DNA of 58,881 bases, counting the filler, from Sphacelaria rigidula (lineage: Eukaryota), in the NCBI GenBank assembly GCA_964200075.2. It is 6 parts of 6 records of this genome, joined end to end, with 100 filler letters (N's around TTAATTAATTAA, not from the genome) between each part and the next. Parts side by side here need not be neighbours in the genome. Positions count along the whole stretch, not along the records: positions 29,496 to 39,225 come from CAXNAA020007880.1; positions 39,326 to 49,053 come from CAXNAA020007881.1; 4 more parts are not named here. One strand, written 5' to 3'. The position numbers were made by a program, and so were the translations under genes. This document shows positions 36,661 through 49,153 of the stretch, piece after piece. The number at the start of each line of letters is the position of its first letter. Position 1 is the first letter of the stretch. A model generated the notes under the pieces. That model was not told where the DNA came from, did not search any database, and was given only the letters and a program-made list of their open reading frames with translations.

Positions 36661-38470
36661 CCCTGAGTCCTCCAGATTAGCTCTAACGCACTCCATGAAA
36701 GCCTCACTGCGTCAATGGCCTTCACGCTAAATTACTACCGGCGGAATGCCTGCCGCTGGAAAGCACGTTGCGCCACCTGTACGTCCCGAATGGAGTGCGT
36801 ATTCTGATAGGTTCACAACGTGTTGCACGATTGCCCGTAATGGTGTTGTTGCTTTCTCGCGCGTCCACGCCTTCCACTTTGACTGTGAGGCGCACGTTGC
36901 TATCGGGGCGCTGGCGTCCAACTCCGGGCGTATAAACATTAAGGCGATCAGTACTTCTACCCCGCTACCCCGCGCGCCTAAGGCTTGTCCGATGTCTCAT
37001 GACTGTTCGCTGGGTAAAGAGCGATATCTGCATCGAACAGCTGCTAATCTTTTTCAAGTCACCTTTGTGCACCTTGAAGCGTAGTTCTACGCGGTCGACT
37101 GTTCGCCGTTCTGAGTGTTTGTGTAGGTGTATGCCATCTCTCTTGAATGCTACGTCCCCGCGTGTAAGACTAGATTCCTTGTGGATCTTGCCATTGGCGT
37201 ATGCGAACATTTATGATGCCCTACATAGAGGGGAATATGAAATGCGTAGAGATAGCCATAGTACCGTTATTCCCTCGCCTCGTCATGAGAGAATCAAACT
37301 GTGCCCTTGCTTCAGTATGACCCATGTTAGGGGGCGTCTCAGGCGTGCGTCTTTCCTTTTTAACGCTCTCTCTCACTCTCTCTCTCTGCTTAAGCCTATC
37401 TTGACTGCCTGTACATGGCAGTGCGTCAGTAGTAACTCGATACCAACTAGTTTCTGGGAATATTTTATCGTCGACAACGTACCAAAATGCCGTGGGTGGC
37501 TTATTGCCCCTGAAGAAAAATAATTGTGCTACATTTTTCTTTGCCAACTCTCGCGCCATTACGTTTTTTCCTATAGCTAGATTTAGACACACCTCTCTGC
37601 CGATACCCTCCCGACCAAATTGTTCCCACAACTTCCGACGCGTGCGAGAATGTTCGCAAGATCTCGGAACAGAATATCGCCCCCTGATAATGCCTCCAAA
37701 ACCCAGTTTCTCGTTACTGATCGTGATATTTGACCGAATATCGGTGAACACAACGACATACCCTGCCTTGAGAGGTATGCTTGATGGCCGCTTTCCACCA
37801 TGATGGGTCGTGGTGAAATTCCGACGAGGGTTACCCGCTGCCCACCGTGCTTTACTGGCACGTCTTGAGCCGTCGTAATTCCTACCGTCTACACCAGAAA
37901 TGAAATAGAGCCCCCATACATAATATTTCCCTGGCCTGGCAACAGGTGCTATGTGCGATAATTGGCCTGGTAAATCCCGCACTTTCCTTGGTGACAGGAC
38001 TAAACAAGAACCTAAAATATATGATTGCGCAAGGTGCAGAGACAGTATCCTCATGGCTTATTGAGCGATTTCTCAACGGCCCCCCGACCAAACCCGAGGA
38101 GCTGTCAACCGTCCGTACGATACCGGTGGGGAAAATCCAGGGCTATACACGTTACACGTTCACGTTCACGTCACGTTCACGTGGAAAAAAAATAGCGTTC
38201 ACGTTACGTGACGTGTGTCACGTGAAAAAAATATAACCTTACGTTCACGTTACCTTCATCACGTTAAAAATATTTAACGTTCACGTTACGTTTCGACCAA
38301 AATGTAACGTGAACGTAGCGTGTAACGCTATGGCACGTGTAACGTCTAAAGCCCTGAAAAAATACCTTCACGTATGACGTGCCTTGGACGGCATCACCGG
38401 CGTCGTACCAAACCTCACCGTACAAGAAGCTCTCGTTGCGTCACTCAAATCAGAACACACTGGTACGGGC
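36661..38470 (-). mobile_element. Decayed DIRS/Ngaro-type tyrosine-recombinase retroelement (YR pseudogene plus upstream RNase H-like relic)
   Basis: Minus strand ~37350-36661 reads ARLRRPLTW...VLWLSLRISYSPLCRAS*MFAYANGK...LTRGDVAF...VELRFKVHKGD ... EYALHSGRTGGAT...AAGIPPVVI*REGH*RSEAFMECVRAN. These are the R, K, HxxR and W/H-Y boxes of a tyrosine recombinase, with stops and the catalytic Y replaced by C. It sits in the PGAM intron. Confidence 0.75.
38138..38356. mobile_element. hAT-like MITE with internal CACGTT repeats
   Basis: TIRs CAGGGCTATACACGTTACACGT / ACGTGTAACGTCTAAAGCCCTG. The interior is made of (T)CACGTT/AACGTG units. The 8-bp flanks match only partly (GGAAAATC/AAAAAATA). Confidence 0.75.
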
Positions 38471-39225
38471 AATACTCTTCACACATGCTGGTTAAACGTT
38501 TAATATGCGAACTTATCCCTAGCCCCCTGAAATACCAATCGTGGCGTGGTCTCACATATCTCATAAGTCGTAGGTCGTGTTTTGGATGAGATGAAGAGGC
38601 TAACAACAGTTCCAGACCTGAAGAATATTTCGTGCAACCCTACCGTAGAGTGACACGTCCCCTTGCTGACGGAGGGAGTGATGGACTATGAGAGCAGTCG
38701 TCTCTCACACCACCATGGAGCTGGTCCGCGCACGGGGAGCTGATGAACGTCAAAGTGGGGACAAACTTCGCCTTCCCTTGCCCCACGCCGCCTCGTACTT
38801 CATCAAAGTGTAAAGCAGACTATGCCCCGAACCAACGACATACATTGCAATTGTTTGTCGCAATCGATCATACACGTCGCGTGGTGTAGTTCCCCCTGAC
38901 GGAACAGAGGGTCGAGTGCGCATGGTTCAGCCAAAAATATCCGCAAAAGTTGTCATGGTCTACGACGATCATACGGAGGCGTTCAAAAATGTATATCATG
39001 AAGGAAGGGAAAGAACTGCTGGGTGAAACGCCGTGTTTTTTTTTGCCGAACGCATAGAGTAGTGTAGAGTTTGATCAGTATTTTTCACGTTTTTTCGTGG
39101 TGCGCGAAGCATCTAGATTCACGCTAAATTTCCCCCTATTTCCCCCCTCCCCCCTGCCCCCTGCCCCCCCCCTCTCATTTAGTTGTAAGCGCATACTCCT
39201 CGGTCCCATGAGTAAAGATCATCAT

Positions 39226-39325
39226 NNNNNNNNNNNNNNNNNNNNNNNNNNNNNNNNNNNNNNNNNNNNTTAATTAATTAANNNNNNNNNNNNNNNNNNN
39301 NNNNNNNNNNNNNNNNNNNNNNNNN
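39226..39325. other. Artificial contig linker
   Basis: N44-TTAATTAATTAA-N44. Confidence 0.98.
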
Positions 39326-39707
39326 GAAGATTTTAATCCTCCGGGTTCTCATCCTCAATGAAAAGCACCATCCTCAACATAGATGATTGGCTGTTTCAAG
39401 TACGGAGCCCCTGAAATAAAATTGTGCACTCCCCTACGGTAGAACCACTCGGAAGACCGAATAAAGAGGGATGCCGCGACACCCCCCCCCGCGCGCGCAC
39501 AAACACCAGCCCCAAAACTGCCATCACAAAGGAAATGGTATACAGCGTATGATTGCTTGTTTCAGGCTGCACATATATAGCGTCTCATGTGGACGACATT
39601 ATTGGCGAAAACGATCGCATAACAGCTGACCAATCATCAAAATCAAGGGTGGTAAAGGTTTTCATTGAGGATCAGAACCCGGGAAATTCAAACCTTCGTT
39701 TTCATAC
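39326..39707. repeat. Inverted repeat pair (MITE-like, truncated by contig edge)
   Basis: CCGGGTTCTCATCCTCAATGAAAA (~39341) pairs with TTTTCATTGAGGATCAGAACCCGG (~39659). Confidence 0.55.
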
Positions 39708-40155
39708 AAAATCTTCGAAATATGGTTCCATTCTTTCACCTACTACTGGTGGCTATTGACGACTAACTGCTACACGCTTCACCAATTTGGATTTCGTTAA
39801 CCGAAATGTCGAAGTCCTGGGCGAAGATTGTTTTTGGAGAATTTAGGTAATCCGATCGGATCGCCGAGATTCCCCGAAGTGGGTTTTTCACCTTGAACAA
39901 TATTTCCGTGAGATTGAAAGTAGAGGATACGATTGAGAGTGAAAAGCGGCCATTTAGTCAGTGAATCAATCCTTTCAATTACGAAATACCCCTCGGGCCC
40001 GATATGCTTTCTGTAGTAGCTTGCCACTGAGGCCCTTGATATCACTTAGTAAGATATAATATCGACCTTTAGCCATATGTGCACACGCCAGTGATGGGGG
40101 CACGAAGAAAAACACACACGGAATGAAAAATTGGCTACGTTGACGAGCAATGCTA

Positions 40156-40390
40156 CGGTAGGGGTGCACTTTATTCGCGAAATTTTGTCTGGTTCAAGGG
40201 CTCCTAATGATTCGAGACGCACAAGAATATGGGTCAGGGCATCCTCGTTTGCAGATTCATTCGGGATATCCCCAGCACATTGGAATGGTAATCCTGGCGT
40301 ACTCTCGCATATTTTCGTAAGTCGTGTTTTGGATGAGAGGAAGGGCTCCTAACATTTCTAAACTCAATAAATATTTGTGTACCCCTACCG
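40156..40390. mobile_element. Tc1/mariner-type MITE with TA target duplication
   Basis: TA|CGGTAGGGGTGCAC ... GTGTACCCCTACCG|TA. A related right end lies at ~38550-38648 (GTCGTGTTTTGGATGAG...CCCTACCGTAG) and at ~39424-39442. Confidence 0.7.
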
Positions 40391-40400
40391 TAGGATCACT

Positions 40401-40507
40401 CTAACCCTTAGCCGACGAGAGCAGGTCACCTGTTGAATCGGCATCAACTTCATTTGAGAAATGTATGCGTGGTCCAGACTGGACCACTCTCGCGGTCCAA
40501 GGGTTAA
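40401..40507 (-). mobile_element. ~105-bp piggyBac-type MITE, copy 2
   Basis: CTAA-CCCTT...AAGGG-TTAA. The reverse complement aligns with 3990-4096 and 47603-47710. Confidence 0.7.
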
Positions 40508-42854
40508 AGCGAATGATTTAAAGCCACTCTCAAGCAAGGCTCTACTCTCCGTCTCACGAAATCGTTGTTATATACTTCACCATTGGGGATCTCTGGCCAG
40601 ATCAGAGGTGGGTAATCTTTCGAGAGCTTGTTTCTGCTGTTATAATGTACAAGTGAAAAAAGCCTCGCAATATGTGTTATGGTCGACACATTTTTCCCTC
40701 TCTCGGGAATTCGTGAATTCCTACAGTACCGCAGACCTCAAATCCTCGGGCAGGGGAGGAAGTTACATTCCCCACCTATAATATTGTCGGTAGACCCAGG
40801 GAGTGTGCTTTATTCTGGCAAACATTGGGGCAGTCAGAACGAACACAGGGCACGCGGTGGGAGAGCCCCATGAAAGAATCCGAATATTGAGTCTACACTA
40901 AAGCTAAGTATATACAGTCAACCATTGTATTATCTTCTGGGGGGGGTTGAGCTGGAATACAAACGCTCACCGAAACACAACCACACCTCAAGCAGCAACA
41001 CGCCCAAGATCTCGACGTTCACCCGATACTCGACCACAGGCCGGGTCAGGTCGACAACATCCTGCTGGCATGACGATAGTGCCAGTTATAATTTTTTCGT
41101 CACCCCACCCCTCCCCCGTGCTCCGCCTCGCGTCTCGAACGATGTGTTGTCAGTAGTCAAACAGCCAAGGCAAGAAACAAATGGCTACCCCCCCCCCCTC
41201 CCCTTCCCCCCAGCGAGCCTGGTCCGGCAAGAACCCGGCGTAGTTCGTCCCAGCTTCTGCGGGGATCCGAGGTCAATGACCATGTGACCACGGTATGCAA
41301 GACCATAAGGACATCCCCTCATGACCACGACTTCCTCTTTTTCATTTTTGCAATCAACATCCCATGTATTTGTATTTCTCTTCTTCGCCGTCTTTTTTTC
41401 TTTTTCTTTTCCACGGTTGCTCTTCTCCCCTACTCACGTACGTCAATCGGCAAACCGCACATCTACAGACTTGAGTAGAGGGCGAGGAATTAAAAAAGTA
41501 TATATATATATATATATACCTGTAAAACAATAAATATCGAGAGCGTAGAAATACAATACACTAAAGTACAACAGGAAAAGAAACAACAGGAAGAGAATCA
41601 AACGAAAAAATTGAACACGCCGTACGAAAAAGATCTTCCCAGCACTTGTAAACCTACACATAACACGCGCGCGCACCGGCCAGTCACTAAGCTCAACAAT
41701 CAACACCCCCACGACCCACACTGTCCCATGAATGATATCATCATGCTGAAAATAGCGCTACATAAACGACTGCAACCCCTTTCCCCCCAACAAAAGATAC
41801 AGGTAATGGGTCTTGCGGTATCCCCACGCAAGGTATTTCACGATTTCTGTACATGGTTACATTACTCACTGATTCAGGTTCTTACAGATATATCGTGATT
41901 TTCAAGGATTTGGCCAATAAAAAATAGCTATTTTTAGACCGAAGAATCATCGGCGGTACGAGGGGGGAGTACGTGTAGCAAAAAACACAACAGAACAAAT
42001 GTTCGAAGTCCATTCAAGAACAATAGAAAAGAAGAAAAGAGAAAGGGGGAGCGAGAAACGCAAGAAACAAGAAAAAAATAAGAAAAGAGAGGGATGCTTC
42101 TACGCATCCCGCCTGATTCCTGGTGGTGGTTCTTCATCCATGTATGATCTCCCTTTCCATCTGGGTATCTATCAGAGAAATATGTATATATATATATATA
42201 TATATTCAAAAACAAAACACAGAACCAAAACATACAACAGGACAAAACACTTGCCCTGAAGATAGAGCACACAAAGTCTGCAGCAGCAGTAGAATACGGC
42301 CAGCAAAAATATCTCGCGGCGAACAAACCCCTTCGAGCTGTGCGCCGAACCTCACTTCCCGGCGACTCACCATTACCGGTGGCCGACCAGTAAAGACGTG
42401 TACATCAAATCACACTCAGCACGTAGCAAGATCCCTCACTCAGACTACAGCAAAAGACTTCCGACACACATACACACAAGAGATGACAGAAACACAACAA
42501 ATACACACCCAAGGCATGCATGATCGACGAAATTAAATGAAATCATAACACATCACCAACGAACTTGCTAACCAAATTCATCACAAAAAACGACAACAGT
42601 ATCAGTCATCACGCCTTAAAAAGACACAAGACAAAGAGGGAGCAAAAAACGTGAAGAAATAACACGCAACACTCAATACACACAACCTCCCTCTCTCCTA
42701 GCCCATCCCAGGATATACGGGTACTGTACCTTACGACAAGAATAATCAACAAGAAAAAAAGAAACCATTGCATGGTTCCAAAATCACACTTCCATCACCT
42801 CTCCCTTCCCTACCTTCTTCCGACCCACTACTACTATTCCTACTTCTCGCTGTT

Positions 42855-45636
42855 TCAAGACCCCCTGTCGGGACTGATATCCGATCTCCCAGACGAGGGC
42901 TTCATCCTGACCGTGTGAACTCGGCTAGTACGCAGTAAATGCTGTACCCTCAAACTACCGTTACGCTCTTCGGTAAAATCGTCGCCCCCGTTCGCGCGCG
43001 AGATCTCGAACTCCTTGAAATCGATCTCGCGACTCCCCGAGTCAGATTGACGACAGGCGTACAGCTGAGAGAGTTGCCGGCCGTCGGCGCCCTGTGCAGA
43101 GGAACGGCCGTTGACGTCTTCAGTCATCCGCGCCGGAGGTCCAAGTATGCTGCTGTTGCCAAAACTCACCATGCTGTCGGTGCCGTCAACAGACATCTCC
43201 GTGAAACGGACGGGTCTCTTTCCGTGGTCCACCGCGGGAGGCCCGTCGATCTGGCAGAAAATCTTCCGCTTGAAGAACGAAGCGCAGCCGGAGACGACTT
43301 CTCTGCTGTAGACGTCGTCCGCGTGGCCGCTGCTGTTGAGCGCTCTCCTGTCTGACGATCTGAAGTACCGCGACGGTCGTCGGCCGTGCTGTTGTACTTG
43401 CTGGAGGCTCAAGTGGTCTCCGCCCTGTTGATGTCGGCGACCCGCGCCGCTGCCAAACAATGGCATGCCGAACAGCGCCCGAGATTTTCTCGCTGGAGCG
43501 CCGACTGAGCTGCTCCGCTGCCTCGGGGGTGGTGGCTCCTGACGATGGGGTGGAGAGGGAGGGGGAATAAACAAGGCCGGCGAGACGCGCGTAGGTGAGT
43601 TTTTGAGTGCTGACGTGGGTATTTGATGCTTTTGGGCTGGTTGTGGGCTTCGGGGGGCACGCGCGTCTTTTGGTCTGGTCGCGTGTGTACTATGACGTAG
43701 CTCTCGAGCGGAATGTCTGGAGATGATGAGCGAGCCGGGCACTTCGGCGTGCGTCAGACACCCCAATTTTTGCGGGGGTCCTACTACAATAGTGCAACCT
43801 GTTCCTGCAGGTCCTCCATGAGGCGAAATAGAAGTTTGAAACCACCTAAACACCACCGGCAAAACTACAATCTCACTTGCCCGCCGAAACCTTGCTCGTT
43901 CTTCTGTGACGCCCCCCTCCCCCCCGCCCCCCCTCTCCTCAAGATAAGTTGACATGATATGGAATAGGACGAAAAAAAAACTTACAGAGCGGAACACACG
44001 GTTCTTCAGGCTGGCGAACGGATCTCTGCCGTCAACAGAACCTCCTCTTGTCCTCTGCGCAATTTGTTCTGATTTCCGGCGCCGATGTCCCGCCATCGCA
44101 TTAGACTCGCGTTCAAACAGCAACCCCGCTTCCCTCTCGCCTTCCGACACTTCTCGTGCGGACGCTTCTCCTCTTTCCTCTCTCTCCGCGGCCGTCGCCC
44201 GTTGGCGCACTCTCTCTCTTTCCTCCTTGGAGGACTTCGCCGCCCAACCATTGTCATCTCCACTGCCTCGTCGCTCTAGTATCTCAGAGCGCGGCTTCTC
44301 CCGTCTGATATTGCTGGAGCAAGACGACGCCCGCCGATGCCGCCCGCTCGACGCGTGGCCACCACGACTTGGCCGCCTGCTTACGCGGCTACCGGCCGTT
44401 TCCCCGTGAACATTGCCATATTGTGCACTCGTGACGTCGGCCTCGGCGCAGTAACTGCCCCCGGTTTCGTCACGTCTTGTCATCCCTTCAGCATCATCGC
44501 TCCCCGTCATCACGTTAGCCGAGTTGCTGGAAGGGCGCCGTCTATGGTCACGCCCTCGCCGGCCGCGTACACTACCTTCTTCCCTGCTTCTGCTGCCGCT
44601 GGTGCTCTGCCGAGAAGAGGTTGTCGACTTCTGCGGAGACCGACGAGAGGAACGGTGCTCAGAATTAAGCTCGTCATCGGTGGTTTGTCGTCGTCGGCGG
44701 TCGTTTGTGGAAGATCCGCGGCTGCTGTTGCGACCGTCGCGCTGTTTTTTTTATCGTCATGGTCCGTCGTTTTTTTTCGGTCATTAAGGTTGCGGAAACA
44801 CATACACACACGAGAAACGAAACGGCGTGTAGCGCGCATGTGGTTTGGTAAAAGGTGAGACGTCGTGGGGGGCAGGGTTCGGGAAATCATGATACGGTCT
44901 TGTGTCGTTCGACACATGTAGAATGTGCGAATCGGCGAGCGAGGCGGGCAACATGACAAAGGCAAAACGATCCACAAAAACATTCTACATAAAATATTTC
45001 ACATCCTGAACAGCAAGTGTGTATATATGCGCCTTACAAAACAAGAAATCAAACGATTTTTCCGACCACTACTTGGAATCCAATTCTTCGAATCTTGCCG
45101 TTCTTACCCCTCATCAACCCCCCCCCCCCGCCGCCCCCTTCCGCCGGGCTCGGCTAAAGAACTCACGTTTCTGGGGCGACTGCGCGACCGCTGTGTCGAA
45201 GGTGCATCGCTATTTCGGCTACCTCGACGCTGATGCGATTTACGCCCCGATTGCGAGTTGCCGCTACCCCCGCCGCCGTTTTCACCACCAGTCCGGGTGC
45301 GTGACCTGCTCCTCCCAGAAGCCTTCCCCCTGTTCTTGTTTTTGAGAGAGTTGATACCGTCCCCGCCGCCGGTGTCACCCTCAACGTCGACCAACGTCTC
45401 TATATGACTAACATCGTCTTCCTGGTGCCCCCTACCGCCCGCGGCCGCCCGGGTGTCGGAAGGGGCCACGCGTGTATGCAATTTCTCGTCCGCCGCATTA
45501 CTTCCGAAGCTGCTCAGCATATCGATCGTCTGCGGTCGCGATGACCCAGTCAACAACACGCGTTCCCCGTTGCCCCTCGAAGCAGGCGCTCCCTCATTCC
45601 TCAAACATTCCGCCTCCGCGGTCGCCAAGGCCACTG

Positions 45637-45667
<31 letters not shown>

Positions 45668-48600
45668 CGATGGCGACGCCGGGGCTGAGTCTTTCATGCT
45701 CGAGAAACTCGTCAGTCGATTGCTACTCGAGAGCCGGAAGGGTGGTATCTTGACAGACCCCATCCCGCCCTCGCCGCCCTTTGCCCGCCGTGCACCGTGC
45801 TGTTGCATTCCATCGGTGACTTTCATGGGCCTGAAAACCCGCCCGGGAGCATGCGGCTGGTTGAGAGCCGGCGGGCTCGCGTCCGGCTGCGGAACCCGTG
45901 GAACCTGCGGCAAGTACGCCGTGCGAGGGACGCGTAACGACACCTTGGACGGCTGGTTGCTCTCCCCGCCGCCCGATCGCGACGGGAGAGCGGCGACCGA
46001 GTCCGCAGTAGGTTTCAGGTCTTGCACGCCATAACCGGCGCACTTCTCTGACCCATTTCCCGACTGTTCCAGCTGCGCTCCACCGATCCCAGATGAAACC
46101 CGAACAGCACCGGCGTCACCACGACCATTTCGCGTCACCACGGCCGCCACCGTCTCCGCCGTCGCGGCGGCCGTAGCCAGTTTACGTGTTGGGCCATTCG
46201 TCGATTGGAAAGCGGATATGTTCTCGAAGGCGCTTCGTCCAAGTCCAGGGACAAGCTCCGCCGTTGAGATGGACCCTCGCATGGCGAGCTCCGCCGCCAC
46301 CTCCGCGAGCTTGCTCGGCGGTTTATCCATGTCGTCATCAGTGAGACGGCCTCTTACTTGCGCCCTCATCGGTTCGACGTTGCCGCCGCGCCCGTTAGAC
46401 TGTTGCGCACTTTTGCGCCCACCGCTACTCCCGATCAGGTGGCTATTGCCGAAAACGTCGTCGCGGTCTCCGTCGTCGCGGTCTCCGTCGGGCTCGACGG
46501 TAGACAAGGTCGCAAACGACGGGCGGGAGAGCGCACCGGGGGAAACCAACTCCGCTCCGGGGCCGCCGACTGCCCCAGCCGGCTGTTGCACAAGGCGGGG
46601 TGGGGGAAGCGCGTTTTCGACGGTGTCGTCGCGTTGAGGAGACGGGGAGTGAGAGAAGTTGGCCGCATCAAGTTCGGTCCACGTTCTTGGTCGAGCCCCG
46701 CGCCCACGGAAAGCTGGCCGACCTCGACCGTCCTGCTTCGTGCGGTTGCTGCTATTGCTGCCTTCTTCCGATGAAAGTAGGGGGCTGGAATCCTCCCGGT
46801 GGCGGCCGTTGTGCTCGTCGGAGTCGTTCACGTCGGAGTCGTCCTCTTCCTGAAAGACCGCAATAAAAAATGAGGCGGGGGGGGGAGGGGGTATTCATTT
46901 GTGCTTGCCTTACTCATTTGACCATTGGCCACACATCCCTTCGGAGATGGTGGAGAGGGGGGGTGACGGAAGCAAAGAGGAAAAGGGGCAGGATCGTTTG
47001 AAAGGGACGGCTTTTCAAGAGACGCTCAAGAAGTGTGCTTCTGCTGATACCCGATTTCAGCCTGTCTACAGAAGAAAAGCTTAAACGAGCCAATCAGTAT
47101 CCATTACAGCGCACGCGTCACCCCGCAATAACAACCACACTCATACAACAAGCTTGTGAGTACTGTTGCTATACATCTATACACAGGGTCAGAACAGCAG
47201 GAGGATAAAAGCTACAGCTCGTGTTGTTGCATCCGAATAGCTCAAAAGCTCGGAACAGATAAACAGCTGGTGAAGTGTCCATTATTCCTCCGCGTGCTTC
47301 CTGACTGAAAATGATTCTTGATCACAGTTAGATTCCTTTTTTTTTTTTGTGAATCGGCATCACTTCGACTCGAAAATGAGTAGAAATGAATCTGATTCGC
47401 AGTTGGATTTTTTTCTTTTGTGAATCGGAATCATTTTCGGTCATTTTCAAGTCGAAATGATTCCGATTCACAAAAACAAGAATCATAAATGGCTTCCAGA
47501 AGGGTAAGATTCTTGTTACTTGTTTTGGTGAATCGGCATCATTTCGACTTGAAAATGATTCAGTTTCACTGAAACAAAAATTGTAAATGGGTTCCACAAG
47601 GGTTAACCCTTCGACCGCAATGCGGGTAGTCCATCTGGATCATGATACTGTTTTCAAGTGGAATTGATGCCGATTCAGCAGGTGACCTACCGTCGCGGTG
47701 AAAGGGCTGAGCCTGACCGCACATTTTCGGTCGTTGAGGCCCTCAATCTCCCCCATAACAATGGGTCTATAATATGGAATATTATGAGCGCCAGATTTCT
47801 ATAACAGATAGATGACGAACTAGGTGAAGGTAGGAATATCGAAAACTTACTTCCCCGTGCTCCAGGGAATATTTACATCAAAAATCCTCATCCACTACCG
47901 TGAGTATCGTTGGGGGTTTGTACTGACTGTAGTAGGGATATGCACGTGATATATATCTATATCTATAGATATAGATATATATATATATCCTCACGCCACG
48001 CCACGTAATGTACTCGACATGGCGTATCACCAACGAAGAAACTCGGTGAAGCTCATGAGCAGATGTGCACCTGCCTCTTCACTGGGCGATGGACAAGATG
48101 TGCGGATCACGGCCCAACTCGTTTGCGTCGATGAAACGCGCCTGTGAAAGTCCCAGATCCGTTTTTAGGGTGGCTCAGCTCAGCTTTTCCAGCAAACCCC
48201 TGACGCCACCCACGCATAGAATTATAAACCTTCGAGATTCAAGATAACGAGATACGATCAACTCCCGACTCCGGCGTCATATAATACGGAAAACACCAGA
48301 TTTAGACTTTACCTGCAACGCTCGTTGCGCTTGCCGCCGCGCCGTCTCTCGGCTCCTTCCCCTGGCCTGCTTAGCTCCGCCCATGCGGTTGAGCTGGTCG
48401 AGTGCGGCGCTCTGGAGGACCACTGGTCTGTCGGATCTGGGTGCGGAGGAGCTGGTGTTGCTGGTGAAACTCTTGGGCGGGGTTGGCCCGGCGATGGCGG
48501 AAAGATCCAGCGGAGCGGGCAACACGCGAGAGCGAGATTCACAAGAAGATACGCTGGAATCGCTCCGTATTGCCGAGAGCTGCATCGGCGTCTCCCGCGA

Positions 48601-48939
48601 TTCCTCCGCCACCTCGGGCGCTGCTTTCCGCGGGAAATTGACGTTGATCTTGTTGCTGTGCTTGTTGGTGGACCCGTAGTGCGATGTCCCCCATGTTTGC
48701 GAATTACGGCCCAATGTGTCGACCGGGTCGGATTCGCCGCCGCCATGGAGCGTGCTCGGAAAAAAAGTTGGGGTCAAGCTCGGAACCAAAGTGGACGCGT
48801 TGGAGTCAGAGAAGTCTTGACATTTTCTGGAGCCCCACGCGTTCTTGGCTCGGCCCGACGGTACCCCAACCGTGGTCGTCCTCCGCGCAGCTAGATGTGC
48901 ACTACCATTACTACTCCTAGACTCGGCCGTTTTGAAATC
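42855..48939 (-). CDS. Unknown low-complexity Ser/Arg/Gly-rich protein; last four exons, 5' end missing
   Basis: Exons 48939-48313, 46849-45167, 44741-43986 and 43538-42855 (TGA), all joined in phase 0 by GT-AG junctions. The long GC-rich ORFs total about 1250 codons. No domain recognised. Confidence 0.72.
47300..47606. repeat. End of a larger piggyBac-type element with repeated subterminal motif
   Basis: The motif TGAATCGG(C/A)ATCA.TTCGACT.GAAAATGA occurs about four times in both orientations, and the region ends AAGGG-TTAA. Confidence 0.55.
47603..47710 (+). mobile_element. ~105-bp piggyBac-type MITE, copy 3
   Basis: TTAA-CCCTT...AAAGGG-CTGA, with the same internal sequence as 3990-4096. 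Confidence 0.7.
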
Positions 48940-49053
48940 CTGATTGAGAGAAGGGGAAGGAGGGGGGGGGGGGGGGGGGGGCACAAAAACGCAAACACGG
49001 GCGTGCAGACGGAAAGGGGGGAGTTTTTTTGGGTGGAACATTTTTTTTTTTTT

Positions 49054-49153
49054 NNNNNNNNNNNNNNNNNNNNNNNNNNNNNNNNNNNNNNNNNNNNTTA
49101 ATTAATTAANNNNNNNNNNNNNNNNNNNNNNNNNNNNNNNNNNNNNNNNNNNN
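49054..49153. other. Artificial contig linker
   Basis: N44-TTAATTAATTAA-N44. Confidence 0.98.

Noticed and set aside
45453..46774. Plus-strand ORFs overlapping the large minus-strand exon
   Set aside because: They are antisense shadows of GC-rich coding sequence.
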